A DNA stretch of 62,341 nt, counting the filler, from Squatina squatina (Eukaryota): the NCBI GenBank assembly GCA_031763465.1. It is 4 parts of 4 records of this genome, joined end to end, with 100 filler letters (N's around TTAATTAATTAA, not from the genome) between each part and the next. Parts side by side here need not be neighbours in the genome. Positions count along the whole stretch, not along the records: positions 14,205 to 32,573 come from JARFOE010000189.1; positions 32,674 to 47,705 come from JARFOE010000233.1; 2 more parts are not named here. One strand, given 5' to 3'. Positions 24,820 to 36,328 of the stretch are shown one piece after another. The notes under the pieces were generated by a model. The model searched no databases, had not been told where the DNA came from, and worked only from the letters and a program-made list of their open reading frames with translations. A program made the position numbers and the translations under genes. Each line of letters opens with the position of its first letter. The first letter of the stretch is position 1.

Positions 24820-26719
24820 TTTCTAAATCATATTTCTCCTTCTACTCCCTCTGCCCCCAACAAAAACTGGGATACAGTATTACACATTTGAAGGACAGTG
24901 AATACAATCAGTGGAAATGAGGATACGAGGTTACCAGAATAAAAGGGCTATTTGTTCAGTTTTAAAAAACAAGCTTTGGAGAAAAATAATTGCAGATGTT
25001 GCAAAATGGAGGTGTCCCAGATGCGGATGGGGTTAGGAGAGAGAAATTCTATCTCCAGGCCAAATTCCAAAGACGTGTTGAATGGTCACGTTTAATTCTG
25101 ATGGAGTGGAAAAATAAGTCAAAACCTTTAGCTCTTTCACTGAATAGTAAAGTTACAAAACAAAACCCTTTACAAATTTGTAACATCCTCAGCTAGATTT
25201 TTCTTATAAATTCTTATATCAAAATGTAACACACCCATTTAAATGTCTAAGCAGATTTTTCTTCAATATGCCAGAAGAATGTATATACTGTAGTTACACT
25301 ATTTGTTCTGTAGAATATAGAATCAGAGTCTCATTAATGCTGGACCAGCACTTTATAAAGGACCTCTTATTAAACAAAACAAAAACATAGTTGAGTGGGT
25401 ATATGAAAAATTGCATAATTCATATTTGGCAGTATAAGTTATTTAAGGTTTTCTAAAACTGTTATGCGATTCCATGCAAGTAACATTACATCAAAAATTT
25501 AAAATAAGTAATTAGCCTTCCAATACAACAGGGTAGGCACATCAGCAGGAACTCGGAGCTCAACGTTATTCAGTGTTCCATCTTCAATTCTGCAGCCGTG
25601 TCCAAACATTTCAGTTTTAAAATTACACACTTTACATCTCATTTCCACAGGAAGAAAATGCAAGGAACAACACGAATCTGCTACGTACCAAACCTGGAAC
25701 CAGGTCTGAGCAGAACTGGTACCAGGAGCAAATCCTACAAATCTCTATAAGGCAGCAAGTAACTACAAGTGCTACATATTGTAAAAATGTTCTTAATCCA
25801 CTCAAATTGAGTATGCCTCAAAAAGGTACTTATTATTTTCTAATATACAGCTTAAGCTCAATGAAAAATAGTAACCTCGGTGTATAAATTAGCTGCCAGC
25901 TCATCTCATAGAAAACATTATAGCCAGTGTTTCATGAGAGAATATACAAAGTGGAAGGAAAATATGTAATATGCTTAAACAAACCACCCACCGCTCTAAA
26001 ATAAAATCTGCAACAGAACTCCTGTTGCAGCTCTTGCCAGGGAGATTTCCCACTGTTCTTTGGTCTTTTNNNNNNNNNNNNNNNNNNNNNNNNNNNNNNN
26101 NNNNNNNNNNNNNNNNNNNNNNNNNNNNNNNNNNNNNNNNNNNNNNNNNNNNNNNNNNNNNNNNNNNNNCAGAACTCCTGTTGCAGCTCTTGCCATTGAG
26201 ATTTCCCACTGTTCTTTGGTCTTTTTACCTGTTCCCTTTTTATCCTTTTCAGCAATTAAATGGCTTTTGAACAAGCATACACAAAAATATGTACAGAACA
26301 TTCATTTTAGCTTCTGAGGAACTGTATTAAATAGCTGTACAACTCAAAGCATTTAAATCAAAACTAAAAAAAGTAAAATAAAGAGAGACATTTTGGATAA
26401 GAGACCCTCCGCCCCCTTTGTAAAAATAAAAGTTTACAATAAAGGCAATGTCAATGAACCCAGAGTGTTAAACGGTTGTCCAAATATGCAGAATTTGTAT
26501 TTGGTAAAAGGTACCGTATTCAGTGAAAAGTAGTTAGCAAAGGTAGCCTAGTGTTTTCAGTGTATAATACAGACTGAACTAGAAGTTTCAGACTGAAGTT
26601 CTGCATGATCATTACAGCCACTGTATGTCCAGGACAGTTTACTGGCTTTAAAAAGTGTCCTAAAAGTAGGCTAATGCTGGTGGATAGCTAAATATAACAG
26701 TGTCATGCAATTGTGCCTC
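24820..26719 (-). other. SIRT1: SIRT1 3'UTR (distal end uncertain; may extend across the gap to about 23990)
   Basis: Follows the SIRT1 TAA directly. AT-rich, with several miRNA seed matches (see findings). A minus-strand AATAAA lies near 23990. Confidence 0.7.
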
Positions 26720-27048
26720 TTACTGCAACAAATTAGCATCTTCACATTCACCTTGCATGGAGTTTTCAACCGACTCACTCAGCACTTCACCACCTCCAAA
26801 ATGCTCACTCTCACTCCCAAAGTACACCCCGTCGGCTCCATACGGAGTTCCAGCTTCCTCCTCTATTCCATTATAAAATTCTTCAATATCACTCTCCTCT
26901 TCCCCATCGCCAACACTTCTGCTGCTACAGGACTCATTGTCGCTAACACTGTTGCCAGAAGATGAACCCTCATCTGCCTCAGAGTCCGAGTAGACTTCAG
27001 CACCATGGAAAATGTAGCGATTGGGTGCCAAGAACAGATACTGGAAAT
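26720..27048 (-). CDS. SIRT1: SIRT1 last coding exon (C-terminal regulatory segment and acidic tail)
   Basis: ttttcag|; FQYLFLAPNRYIFHGAEVYSDSE...ESDIEEFYNG...*, matching the SIRT1 QYLFLPPNRYIFHGAEVY and IEEFYNG motifs. Confidence 0.95.
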
Positions 27049-27363
27049 CTGAAAATTGAGAAATATACATGCTGTAAGGCGGTTGGAGTAAGTTCGAAAT
27101 ATACAATATTCAATTAGACCCCCACCCTCCACCACCACCTCTATCTGAAATGTAATACATCCAAAGTTGAGAACGGAGTGCGTACGGGCGCCATAAGGTA
27201 CGTCTGGGTTCTGTAATACAGAAGCAAAACACTGCGGATGTTGGAATCTAGAATATAAACAAANNNNNNNNNNNNNNNNNNNNNNNNNNNNNNNNNNNNN
27301 NNNNNNNNNNNNNNNNNNNNNNNNNNNNNNNNNNNNNNNNNNNNNNNNNNNNNNNNNNNNNNN

Positions 27364-27595
27364 GTGAGGACCATGATTTTTTTGCTCTCTTTCAAGATCC
27401 TCACCACATCCTCTAAGGTGTTAATATCTTTGCGTTTCTTCCGTTTTGGTGGTTCTGACAAGATGTTGAGGACAATCTGCCACAGGGTCATGTCATCGAG
27501 GTCAGGTGGAGGACTGTTCCCTCGCAACAGATCCTTCAGGATAGACCGTGGGTCTGTACCCAGCATAAGATGTTGCTGGACAAAGCTATAAGGAC
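27364..27595 (-). CDS. SIRT1: SIRT1 exon 3 (activator-binding domain and start of the catalytic domain), truncated by a gap
   Basis: gactag|; GPYSFVQQHLMLGTDPRSILKDLL...DDMTLWQIVLNILSEPPKRKKRKDINTLED, including the PPKRKKRK NLS. Confidence 0.96.
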
Positions 27596-28889
27596 CTAGT
27601 CGGAAATGGGAAAAGGGAAAAATTAGGCTTTTAAAAAAATTTAATTTGAGAGAAGGTAGTTTGAACAAAACGTAAGCATTCTCAGTTCAACTGCTGGCAA
27701 CAGATTCCCCCACCTGATCACTTTCCCCTGACTCCTGCTGGAAGTACATACCTGTGGACATCATCTATTAGGCTAGCATAGTTGGAAAAGCCTGCCATTC
27801 TCACTGTTAAAATTTATTAGTGAATATGGTCATTTGAGCAAGATATTGAAAGCCAACCAGAGCTTGTGCAATCGTATTTCAGTAAGAAATCAATGGCTTC
27901 AAGAATGNNNNNNNNNNNNNNNNNNNNNNNNNNNNNNNNNNNNNNNNNNNNNNNNNNNNNNNNNNNNNNNNNNNNNNNNNNNNNNNNNNNNNNNNNNNNN
28001 NNNNNNNACTCTTTAAAATAGACTTTTGAACAGGAACGAAGCAGAATGGCCAACGAACCTTGCCACAGAATGATGGGGTTAAGAGCTCATATCTGCAATT
28101 CCCACCTGGGTCACATCACTGTGATGAGGTTGGTGGGTGAATTAACGGGAGGGGTGAGCAGTAAAGGAGGACCTCATTCCTGGTGGATGGTTTCACAGCA
28201 AAACTGGCAGAGGGTGAAACAGGTTTTCACCCAGCTGGGCTTGTGGTGGTTTTGTGGAGAACAAAAGAAGTCTTAAAAACGTTATAATGAGGTTGCCTCA
28301 AATTCAAAACAAAATTACAAGCCTATGATGAAAAGGAGTCTGCGAAGTCCCGATAGGTTAACCACTCTTACTCGGCAGAACTGCTACGTCATAAGGCACT
28401 TTGTATGTGCATAGGGAGCACCATCTCTCAAATTAGTGCACTTAAAATGGCAAATTGCATGCCTGGAGGCCACGGGTGCAGTTGGAAGATATATTGGCAG
28501 ATTAACAAGGAGCATCAGGTGCAGTCAGGCACATCCCACAGTTAGCACCAGAGCAATTTTAAACACATGCTTCTTTACATAGCCTGAGCCACTAAGAATC
28601 AGCAAACCGCTTCACTGTGCTAAACAGCATGTAGAAAAGCAGAGGGTTTCAGAAGAGAATTCTAGAGTGCATGGCCACAGGTAGTGAAGTGGAGTGAGGA
28701 AGGGGCTGGAGAGGAGTCACAGCAGCAGGGGAAAGAACCACACTGACTTGCAAGCAGCGTAGTGCTGAGTGCTGGTGAAATCATTCCAGTATAGTGTGCG
28801 TGCAAAAATAAACTTGTGCAAGAATTAATACCATTTGAGCTGCCATTCCCCCAACTGAAAGAATCCTCCAATTACATATTAACCTGTAC

Positions 28890-29027
28890 CTATCCGGGTA
28901 CGTGGGGTCCAGTCACTTGAGCTAGCGTGAGAGGTTTTGTCGTCTTCATCACTTTCCCATGAACGAATCCCATTTGGAACAGTTTCCTCAGAAGCTGCAT
29001 TCACTGCATGTCCCACAGGTACACAGT
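28890..29027 (-). CDS. SIRT1: SIRT1 exon 2
   Basis: tttcag|...|gtacag; ...NGIRSWESDEDDKTSHASSSDWTPRTRIG. Phase-compatible with exon 3. Confidence 0.93.
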
Positions 29028-29931
29028 CTGAAATTTTAAAGAAACTACTGTAAAACAGCAATATTACAGTTAACAGAAGTTTATGAGAAAGTTATCAACT
29101 CTACACTGCAACCTTGCATGAAGGCGGAGCTACATTAAATCATCAAGAAGCTGGCTGGATTTTCTGCCCATTTTCAGGCAAATTAATGAAGGAAACACTG
29201 TGGGAGCCATTCAGCCAGTTCCCCCACCCTCGCCTGCCACTAATGGGATCTCCTGCCGGATCCCCACATTTGACCAAGTACATTCCAATTAAATCTTAAT
29301 GATGGAAATATGCCATTCAACGTAGTTTCTGGCAGGTGCCCAGCATTGTTAGGGCAGCTGAGAGGACTTTAAAAATTAGACGGGCTGCTTCTCATAGTGC
29401 AACGGAGCAATTGAACACACTAGACCCTGAGGTTATTGGGGGGGAAAAAAATTGTACAAAAATTACCAAACAGGTAGTCCGAATGGCCTCCTTCTATGCG
29501 GTATGATTCTATGAAATACATACTATGCTATGGCAAGTAACACAGCGATTCCCCCCAACTTCCTCCACGGCAGGTGACCCGCTGAGGACAGAAAACCCAA
29601 TGGGAGCCCAGCACTTTGATTATAATCAGCCTGATCCTACAAGATCCACCCAGGGCAGAAAGAGACGGGTGGGTGCAAAGCTAACAAAATTCACACTGGA
29701 TAGGAAAGTCCGATCCCATCTCACGCCTAAGCATTTACTGTAAATCCCATACAGATAAATGAAAATGGTTACTCAGATAAATTTAGCTGCTGAAATACTC
29801 AATTCAGCCATAACGAAATGCAGCCACTGCATTCGTGATTGAACATTTTGATGAGGATTATGAGTCATTCCTGTTTTAATATTCATCTGAATATTTCAGA
29901 AACTCTGCTACTCAACTGAACTATTATAAAG

Positions 29932-30302
29932 AAAATAGAAACTTGCACTGATATTCACAACCTCACGGCATCTCAAGAATCTGTCCAGCAATTAAGCACT
30001 TTTTGAAGTGTAGTAACTGTTGTAATGTAGGAAATGCTGCAGCCAGTCTGTGCAGAGCAAGCTCCCACTAACAGCAATGTGATAATGACCGTATCATTTT
30101 CTTCTAGAGATGTTGCTTAAGGGACAAAAATACTGGTCAGTATTCCCTGCATTTGGAACCTGCCATGGATCTTTTATGTCCATCTGCCGTTCAACGTCTC
30201 ATCTGATTCATCGCAGCCCCAAAGGTCCGTTAGTTTAGGTTTTGCACTCAAGTCTTTGGAGGGAAACTTCAATTCCCTACCTTCTGTTGAAGAGGCAAGA
30301 GT
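29932..30302 (-). mobile_element. SacSINE1/Deu-type SINE, near full length, diverged
   Basis: Reverse complement of the family seen at 60856-61320 (ttttgaagtgtagt..ctgttgtaatgtaggaaa; ccatggatcttttatgtccatct; ctcaagtct). Confidence 0.8.
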
Positions 30303-30505
30303 CATATACGAGACTATGCCTTAGTCATTCAAAATAAGGTTTCAATATTTTAAATATACAGTTAAAAACTTGATTACACAGCTGCATAAGTCGGTTTAAC
30401 AGATTGCTGCCCTGAGTATATGCCAGTATCATGCAATCTGCAATGTAGTACAAGGATTCTAACTCAAAATATGAAAACTGCTCTGTAAAAAACAGAACAC
30501 ATTTT

Positions 30506-30626
30506 GCGCTGCACCGCACACACCACGCATTCCGCGCTGCACCGCACACGGCACGCATTCCGCGCTGCGCCAAGCACGGCACGCATTCTGCGCTGCGCCA
30601 AACACGGCACGCATTCCGCGCTGCGC
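30506..30626 (+). repeat. GC-rich 28-bp minisatellite, about 4 copies, running into a gap
   Basis: Unit approximately CACGCATTCCGCGCTGCRCCRMRCACGG. Confidence 0.9.
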
Positions 30627-30726
30627 NNNNNNNNNNNNNNNNNNNNNNNNNNNNNNNNNNNNNNNNNNNNNNNNNNNNNNNNNNNNNNNNNNNNNNNNNN
30701 NNNNNNNNNNNNNNNNNNNNNNNNNN

Positions 30727-32573
30727 TTTTATAACAGGTGGTTTCCATAACAGGCGGTTTCTATAACAGGATGGTTTCTATAATGAGTGGGCTTTATGAT
30801 GGGCACATTCTATAATGAGTGGGTTCTATAATGAGCAGGTTCTATAACGAGGGGTCTATAATGGATGGGCTCCATAACAGGTGAGATCTATAGCGGGCAG
30901 TTTCTACAACGAGCAGGTTCTATAACGGTCAGGTTCTATTTCGGGCAGGTACTATAGCGGGCGGGCTTTATAACGGGCGGGTTCCATAAAGGGCAGGTTC
31001 TATGACGGGAAGTTTCTGTAACAAATGGTTTCCAAAATGAGCGGATTCCATATGGGTGGGTTCTATACCGAGTGGGTTCTATAAAGAGCGGGTTCTAAAA
31101 TGAGCGGTTTCTATAATGAGTGGTCTATAACGAGTGGGCTCTATAACGGCCGAGATCTATAGCAGGCAGTTTCTATAATGGGCAGGTTCTTTAACGGGCA
31201 GGTTGTGTAACGGGCGGGTTCTATAATGGGTGGATTCTATACCGGGCGGTTACTATAAAGGGTGCGTTCTATGATGGGCAGTGTCTGTCACGAACGGTTC
31301 CTATAACGTGTGGGTTCCATATGGTCGGGTTCTATAACAGACGGGTTCTATAATGGACAGATTCTATAACGGGTAGTTTATGTAATGAACGGTTTCTATA
31401 ATGAGTGGACTCCATATGGGTGAGTTCTATAACAGGCGGGTTCTATAACGAGCACGTTTTATAATGGGTGGGTTCTATAATGAGGGGGTTCTATAATGAG
31501 CGGGTTCTATAACAGTGGGGTTCTATAACGGGCATGTCCTATAACAGGCGGGTTCTATAATGGGTAGGTTCTATAACAGGTGTGTTCTATAATAGGGTGT
31601 TCTATAATGGGTGGATTCTATAACAGTTGGTTCTATAACAGGCGGGTTCTACAAGAGCAGGTTCTATAACGGGTTCTATAACGAGTGCGTTCTATAACAG
31701 GCAGTTCTCTAACGGGCAGGTTCTATATGAGTGGGATCCATATCAGGCAAATTCTATCACGGTGGGTTCTATAATTGGCAGGTTCTATAATAAGCGGGTT
31801 CCATAGCGGGTGGGTTCTATAATGGTGTTCTATAACGGGCAGGTTCTATAATGAGCGGGTTCTATAATGAGCAGGTGTTACAAGGGTCGGTTTCTATGGT
31901 TCTATAACGGGGGGCTTCTATAATGGGCATGTTCTATAACGAGCAGGTTCTATAACGAGCAGGTTCTATAACGAGGGTTCTACAACGAGCAGGTTCTATA
32001 ACGGGCAGGTTCTATAACGGGCGGGTTCTACAATGGACAGATTCTATAACGGGCAGTTTATGTAATGAACGGGTTTGATAATGGGTGCGTTCTATAATGG
32101 GTGGGTTCTATAATGGGTGGATTCTATAACAGTTGTGTTCTATAATGGGGTGATCTATAATGGGTGGATTCTAAAACTGTTGGTTCTATAACACGCTGTT
32201 ACTATAAAAGGCGGGTTCTATAATAGCAGGTTCTATAACGGACGGTTTCTATAATGAGTGGGTTTTATGATGGGCAGGTTCTATAACAAGCAGGTTCTGT
32301 AATGAGCAGGTTCTATAACGAGGGGTCTATAACGAGTGGGCTCTATAACGGGCGAGATCTATAGTGGGCAGGTTCTATAATGAGCGGGTTCTATAGCGAG
32401 GGTTCTATAACGAGCAGGTTCCATAACGAGGGTTCTACAATGAGTGGGCTCTATAACAGGTGAGATCTATAGCGGACAGTTTCTATAATGAGCAGGTTCT
32501 ATCACGGGCTGGTTCTATAATGGGAAGGTTCTATAACGGGCAGTTTATGTAATGAACGGTGTCTATAACGAGC
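30727..32573 (+). repeat. 16-bp minisatellite (consensus about TTCTATAAYGRGCRGG), roughly 115 diverged copies
   Basis: The whole contig is tandem units such as ttctataacgggcagg, ttctataacgggcggg and ttctataatgagtggg. Confidence 0.97.
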
Positions 32574-32673
32574 NNNNNNNNNNNNNNNNNNNNNNNNNNN
32601 NNNNNNNNNNNNNNNNNTTAATTAATTAANNNNNNNNNNNNNNNNNNNNNNNNNNNNNNNNNNNNNNNNNNNN
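32574..32673. other. Artificial scaffold-concatenation spacer (N44-TTAATTAATTAA-N44)
   Basis: Same structure; 12-mer at 32618-32629. Confidence 0.97.
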
Positions 32674-34529
32674 GTTTAGTGAAATGAAAGTTGCCCAGGG
32701 TTGCCACACCTGCTGGAACTGCATTAGTACAAATGTCAGGTGAGGAAAGGATAGGATTTGGCCCCTGTGGTGGAATAGCCTGGTGACACTCGCTTTCAAG
32801 GCTCATTCATGACTAGAACCTGTAGAACGGTGTCCCAGCGTGCCGGGGTGGGTGAGTGGGAAGAAGGGTGAGGAATTGGTTTTCAACAAATTGAGGAAAA
32901 TAACAAATGCCTACTTACTATGCTGCAACATAACTCCAACAGGGGTGTGTGAGGTTCCAAAATGGAGTGTTCCTTGTCATTGCACCCAGTCCAAGAATGT
33001 GCACTTTTGGCTTGGTCCTTCAGAACTATGACATTATAATAACACAACAAAGGGCAAATATATGTTTTGGCCTTCAGTTTATTATATTTGACTTGTGGGT
33101 TTAGCAGGTAAACTAATCTGAAGCAGATTTTGTTGTTTGGGAGGTGGAGTGGGGGTGGTGGTGAGGGAAGGAACACAATTATTATGCAAGATGTTGAAGG
33201 AATATTTAACAAGAAATGTGGGCCATTAATCATTTCAGTAATTTTCTCAGGATGCGGGCATTGCTGGCAGGGCCGGCATTTATTGCTCATCCCTAGTTGC
33301 CCTTGAGAAGATGGTGGACCTTCTTGAAATGTTGCAGTCCGTTTGGTGAAGGTGCTCCCACAATGGTATTAAGATAGGAAAATTAGTCAGCAGAATGTCT
33401 TGTACAGTCTTGGCCTATAATATAACTAATTTAGTATCAAGTGCAGCATGTTAGTAAATTGGTTAGAAATGAGGCATGTCATATGATTACCGAAAAGGCT
33501 GGATAGCTAACGAGAGCAGGCAGGAACACTACTGAAGAGCAGTAAGCTAATGTTTGGCTTCGAGTAACTTTTAAACTGGAAAACTGCCAAAATGACAGGA
33601 GGCGTACTGTTGCTACAGCATTTTTACAAAGCAGTCATGCTCAGAGACCTCGAGCAGCATGATTCACAAAACATTTTGCCTGTTCTGTACAAAAGCGCTG
33701 CCACTGTGCTGGCTTAAAATGGAAGCTTATTAGTAATTCAGAATTGTTTTACAGCGTTATCTGTGCAATACTTCTGTTTTTCTGAAGATACCAAAGTTTA
33801 AAAAATAACCTACTACTGTACTTCTCTCTGTTTTCAGATTAATAAATAGAATTTTGATTTCAAGGATAAATGTTTGTCAAAGAAAATGACTCCAACAGTT
33901 GTGTTGGACAGAATAAAACTCATGGTTATAGTACAAGGACTATGTGTATAAAAAGGATATTTTTCACTTTGCCTTTTTGTTAACTAAAGTTGAAAAAACT
34001 AATCTCTTTCTGTAACTTTCTAAAAAGCATCATAGTATTTAGCGAAAGTTTTGCTGCATTAAAGTTTTGTGAGCTGAATTGAGTGTGCCTTTCATTCCGG
34101 ACTACTTTTTTTTCGCAGACTGGTGCGGTATGTGCTATCAAGTAATGCACATCCAGGTTGTGATGCCATTGGGTTATGGTACTTCCATCCCAGAGCGAAG
34201 GGCATCAGTTATAATTGTAGAATCACTTAACACTCCTGCCTGTTTGCTGCATCGACTGCTTTGCAGCATTCTCAGCCGAGCAACTGCAGAGGTGTTTTTT
34301 TTTGGGAAGGGCAGAAAGTGAAATCTATTAGTTACTTAACACTAATTTTTTAATAAAGTTGTCTCTGGTACCTGACTGGGCACCAAACTCATACTTACAA
34401 AACTGTTTCAGTAGTTTGTTAGACAAGTGTAGTTTTACTACAACAAATATACATATTGGAAGTTAATCCACAGAGAGCACAAACCATTTTATGCTCCTGT
34501 TGATTCAGTTCTGATTTTTGTTTTAATAG

Positions 34530-34674
34530 AAAGACCCTTTCACGACCGTGGGTTATTCCGTAGTGTTTTACAGCTAATGAAGTATTTTTGAAGTGTAGTC
34601 ATTGTTGCAATATTGGAAATGTGGCAGCCAATTTGTGCACAGCAGGCTCCCACAAACAGCAATGAGATAATGAC
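34530..34674 (-). mobile_element. 3' part of SacSINE1/Deu-type SINE
   Basis: ctttcacgacc...aatgaagtatttttgaagtgtagtcattgttg...gcagccaatttgtgcacagca. Confidence 0.8.
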
Positions 34675-36110
34675 NNNNNNNNNNNNNNNNNNNNNNNNNN
34701 NNNNNNNNNNNNNNNNNNNNNNNNNNNNNNNNNNNNNNNNNNNNNNNNNNNNNNNNNNNNNNNNNNNNNNNNNNATTGGGTATAGCTGCAGCTTAAGTGA
34801 CGACATGTTAAATGTCCCACTGCACTTCTGTCATATGCGAGACCATTGGGTTTCAGTTTTCATCAAAAAAGTTGCCTTCGAACAGTGATCTTTAGTTAGG
34901 CAGCACTTTGGTGGTCGACTTTTTGGGGTCTATACCAGCTTTTTTTGAAGTAGTCAGTTTTTTTAAGTTTTGTAGGTTGACATGTACAAGTAATGTACCT
35001 TTTCAAGAACTTGTGGCAAAACAGTGGCATCATGGAGAAGGAAAGGGGAAAGTGTGGGCTAAACAGAGCTAGACACTTTACGTTGTTGCTCAGTAGGCTA
35101 ATTATAACTGAGCGGTTTACATGTTCTGGACACCTGGAGCCCTTGTACAACAGCGTAACTTTTAGCCCCTCTTCACTTGCTTCCAAATTCCTGCTGCTGA
35201 TTCTTTGATGTGCCTTAGTAAAGCAGCTATGTTCTCACAGAATAGGGGACTATGAAAGTAGTTCTATTCAAGCCCTCTTTGTGCACCACAACCATTGCTA
35301 TCAGTACCACAAAAAAAGTACACAGGAGCTGGGTGAGGAGTCCACATCTGTTCTCTATAGCAAGTCTATTGAGGTCTTATGCTGTATTTATATTAAAGCA
35401 TTGCCAGTGGATTCTGCCCAGAATGATAACTGGCCCGAATTCAAGAAATCTACCACTGGTGGAAGCAAGGCCATTCTGGATTCTGGCACAAGAAGCCAAC
35501 ATACTCGGGCAATTAGTGCATCCCCAGCTTCTGAAGGCAAATGGTACTGACATCCTTTCTGCTGCTTCTTCTGATGAAGCACAGATATCTTGTATACAGT
35601 GAAGTCTTTTGGGTAAAGGTGATGAATAAGCTTGCATTTGCATCTAGCTATAAATATCTCAAAACATTTTTCTGCACCATTTACACCACAAATGATTCCC
35701 TAGTCAAAAGAGTGATTAGGTAACTTATTTGCAAATCTTTACCAATATCAGTCCAAGAATAGCTGTTAACATACAGGTGTGCCCTCCTTTTTCCTTTCAC
35801 CTGCAACCTGACGATCTCCAGAGAAAGCAGAGTTAAGGTCAGGACAAAGTTATCCAAATTAAATCAAAAAGGTCACTGAGAACTAATTATTTCTGATATC
35901 ACTATTAAAAGATAGGGCTTCCAGAACCTTACTCAACTTTTCTTGTTCAAGTATTTTATGCAGAATTTAAAACAAATAAAGGTTCAGCACTTCTGCATGA
36001 CAACTGGTAATTAATGGTTGGAGCACAAATACAAAATGGTAGAAAATCAGCAAGTCAGTTCTCAATTCATAACCCACACTGAGTCATGACCATAGTTCTA
36101 CTTGACTTAC

Positions 36111-36328
36111 ACATTCCTCCTTTAAGATGCCCGGGGTGTCATAAAACCAGCGAGCATCTTTCAGTTCATTATGCGTGAATTCCACCACCTCTTGGGAGTT
36201 TGACACATTTTCTTGATTATCATCTTCAGGTTCTGCACTCAGAGCAAGTTCATCTGGATCCCATTCAATGAGCCCTTTGTTTCGCTGTCCACTCACTTGA
36301 GAATTACGAAATGTTCTGCCAACTCTAC
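36111..36328 (-). CDS. NOA1: NOA1 internal exon (mitochondrial circularly permuted GTPase, G3 motif)
   Basis: gtctag|...|gtaagt; GRVGRTF...ELKDARWFYDTPGILKEEC, with the DTPG G3 motif. Confidence 0.93.

Noticed and set aside
27049-27363. SIRT1 lacking its catalytic domain (truncated gene or pseudogene)
   Set aside because: The missing exons coincide with a placeholder 100-N gap, and the remaining exons are intact.
30727-32573. CRISPR-like array
   Set aside because: Eukaryotic head-to-tail tandem units with no unique spacers and no cas genes.
33838-34357. REST 3'UTR, expected next to NOA1 from mammalian synteny
   Set aside because: There is an acceptor at 33837 and AATAAA at 34352, but no REST coding sequence and no match I can verify.
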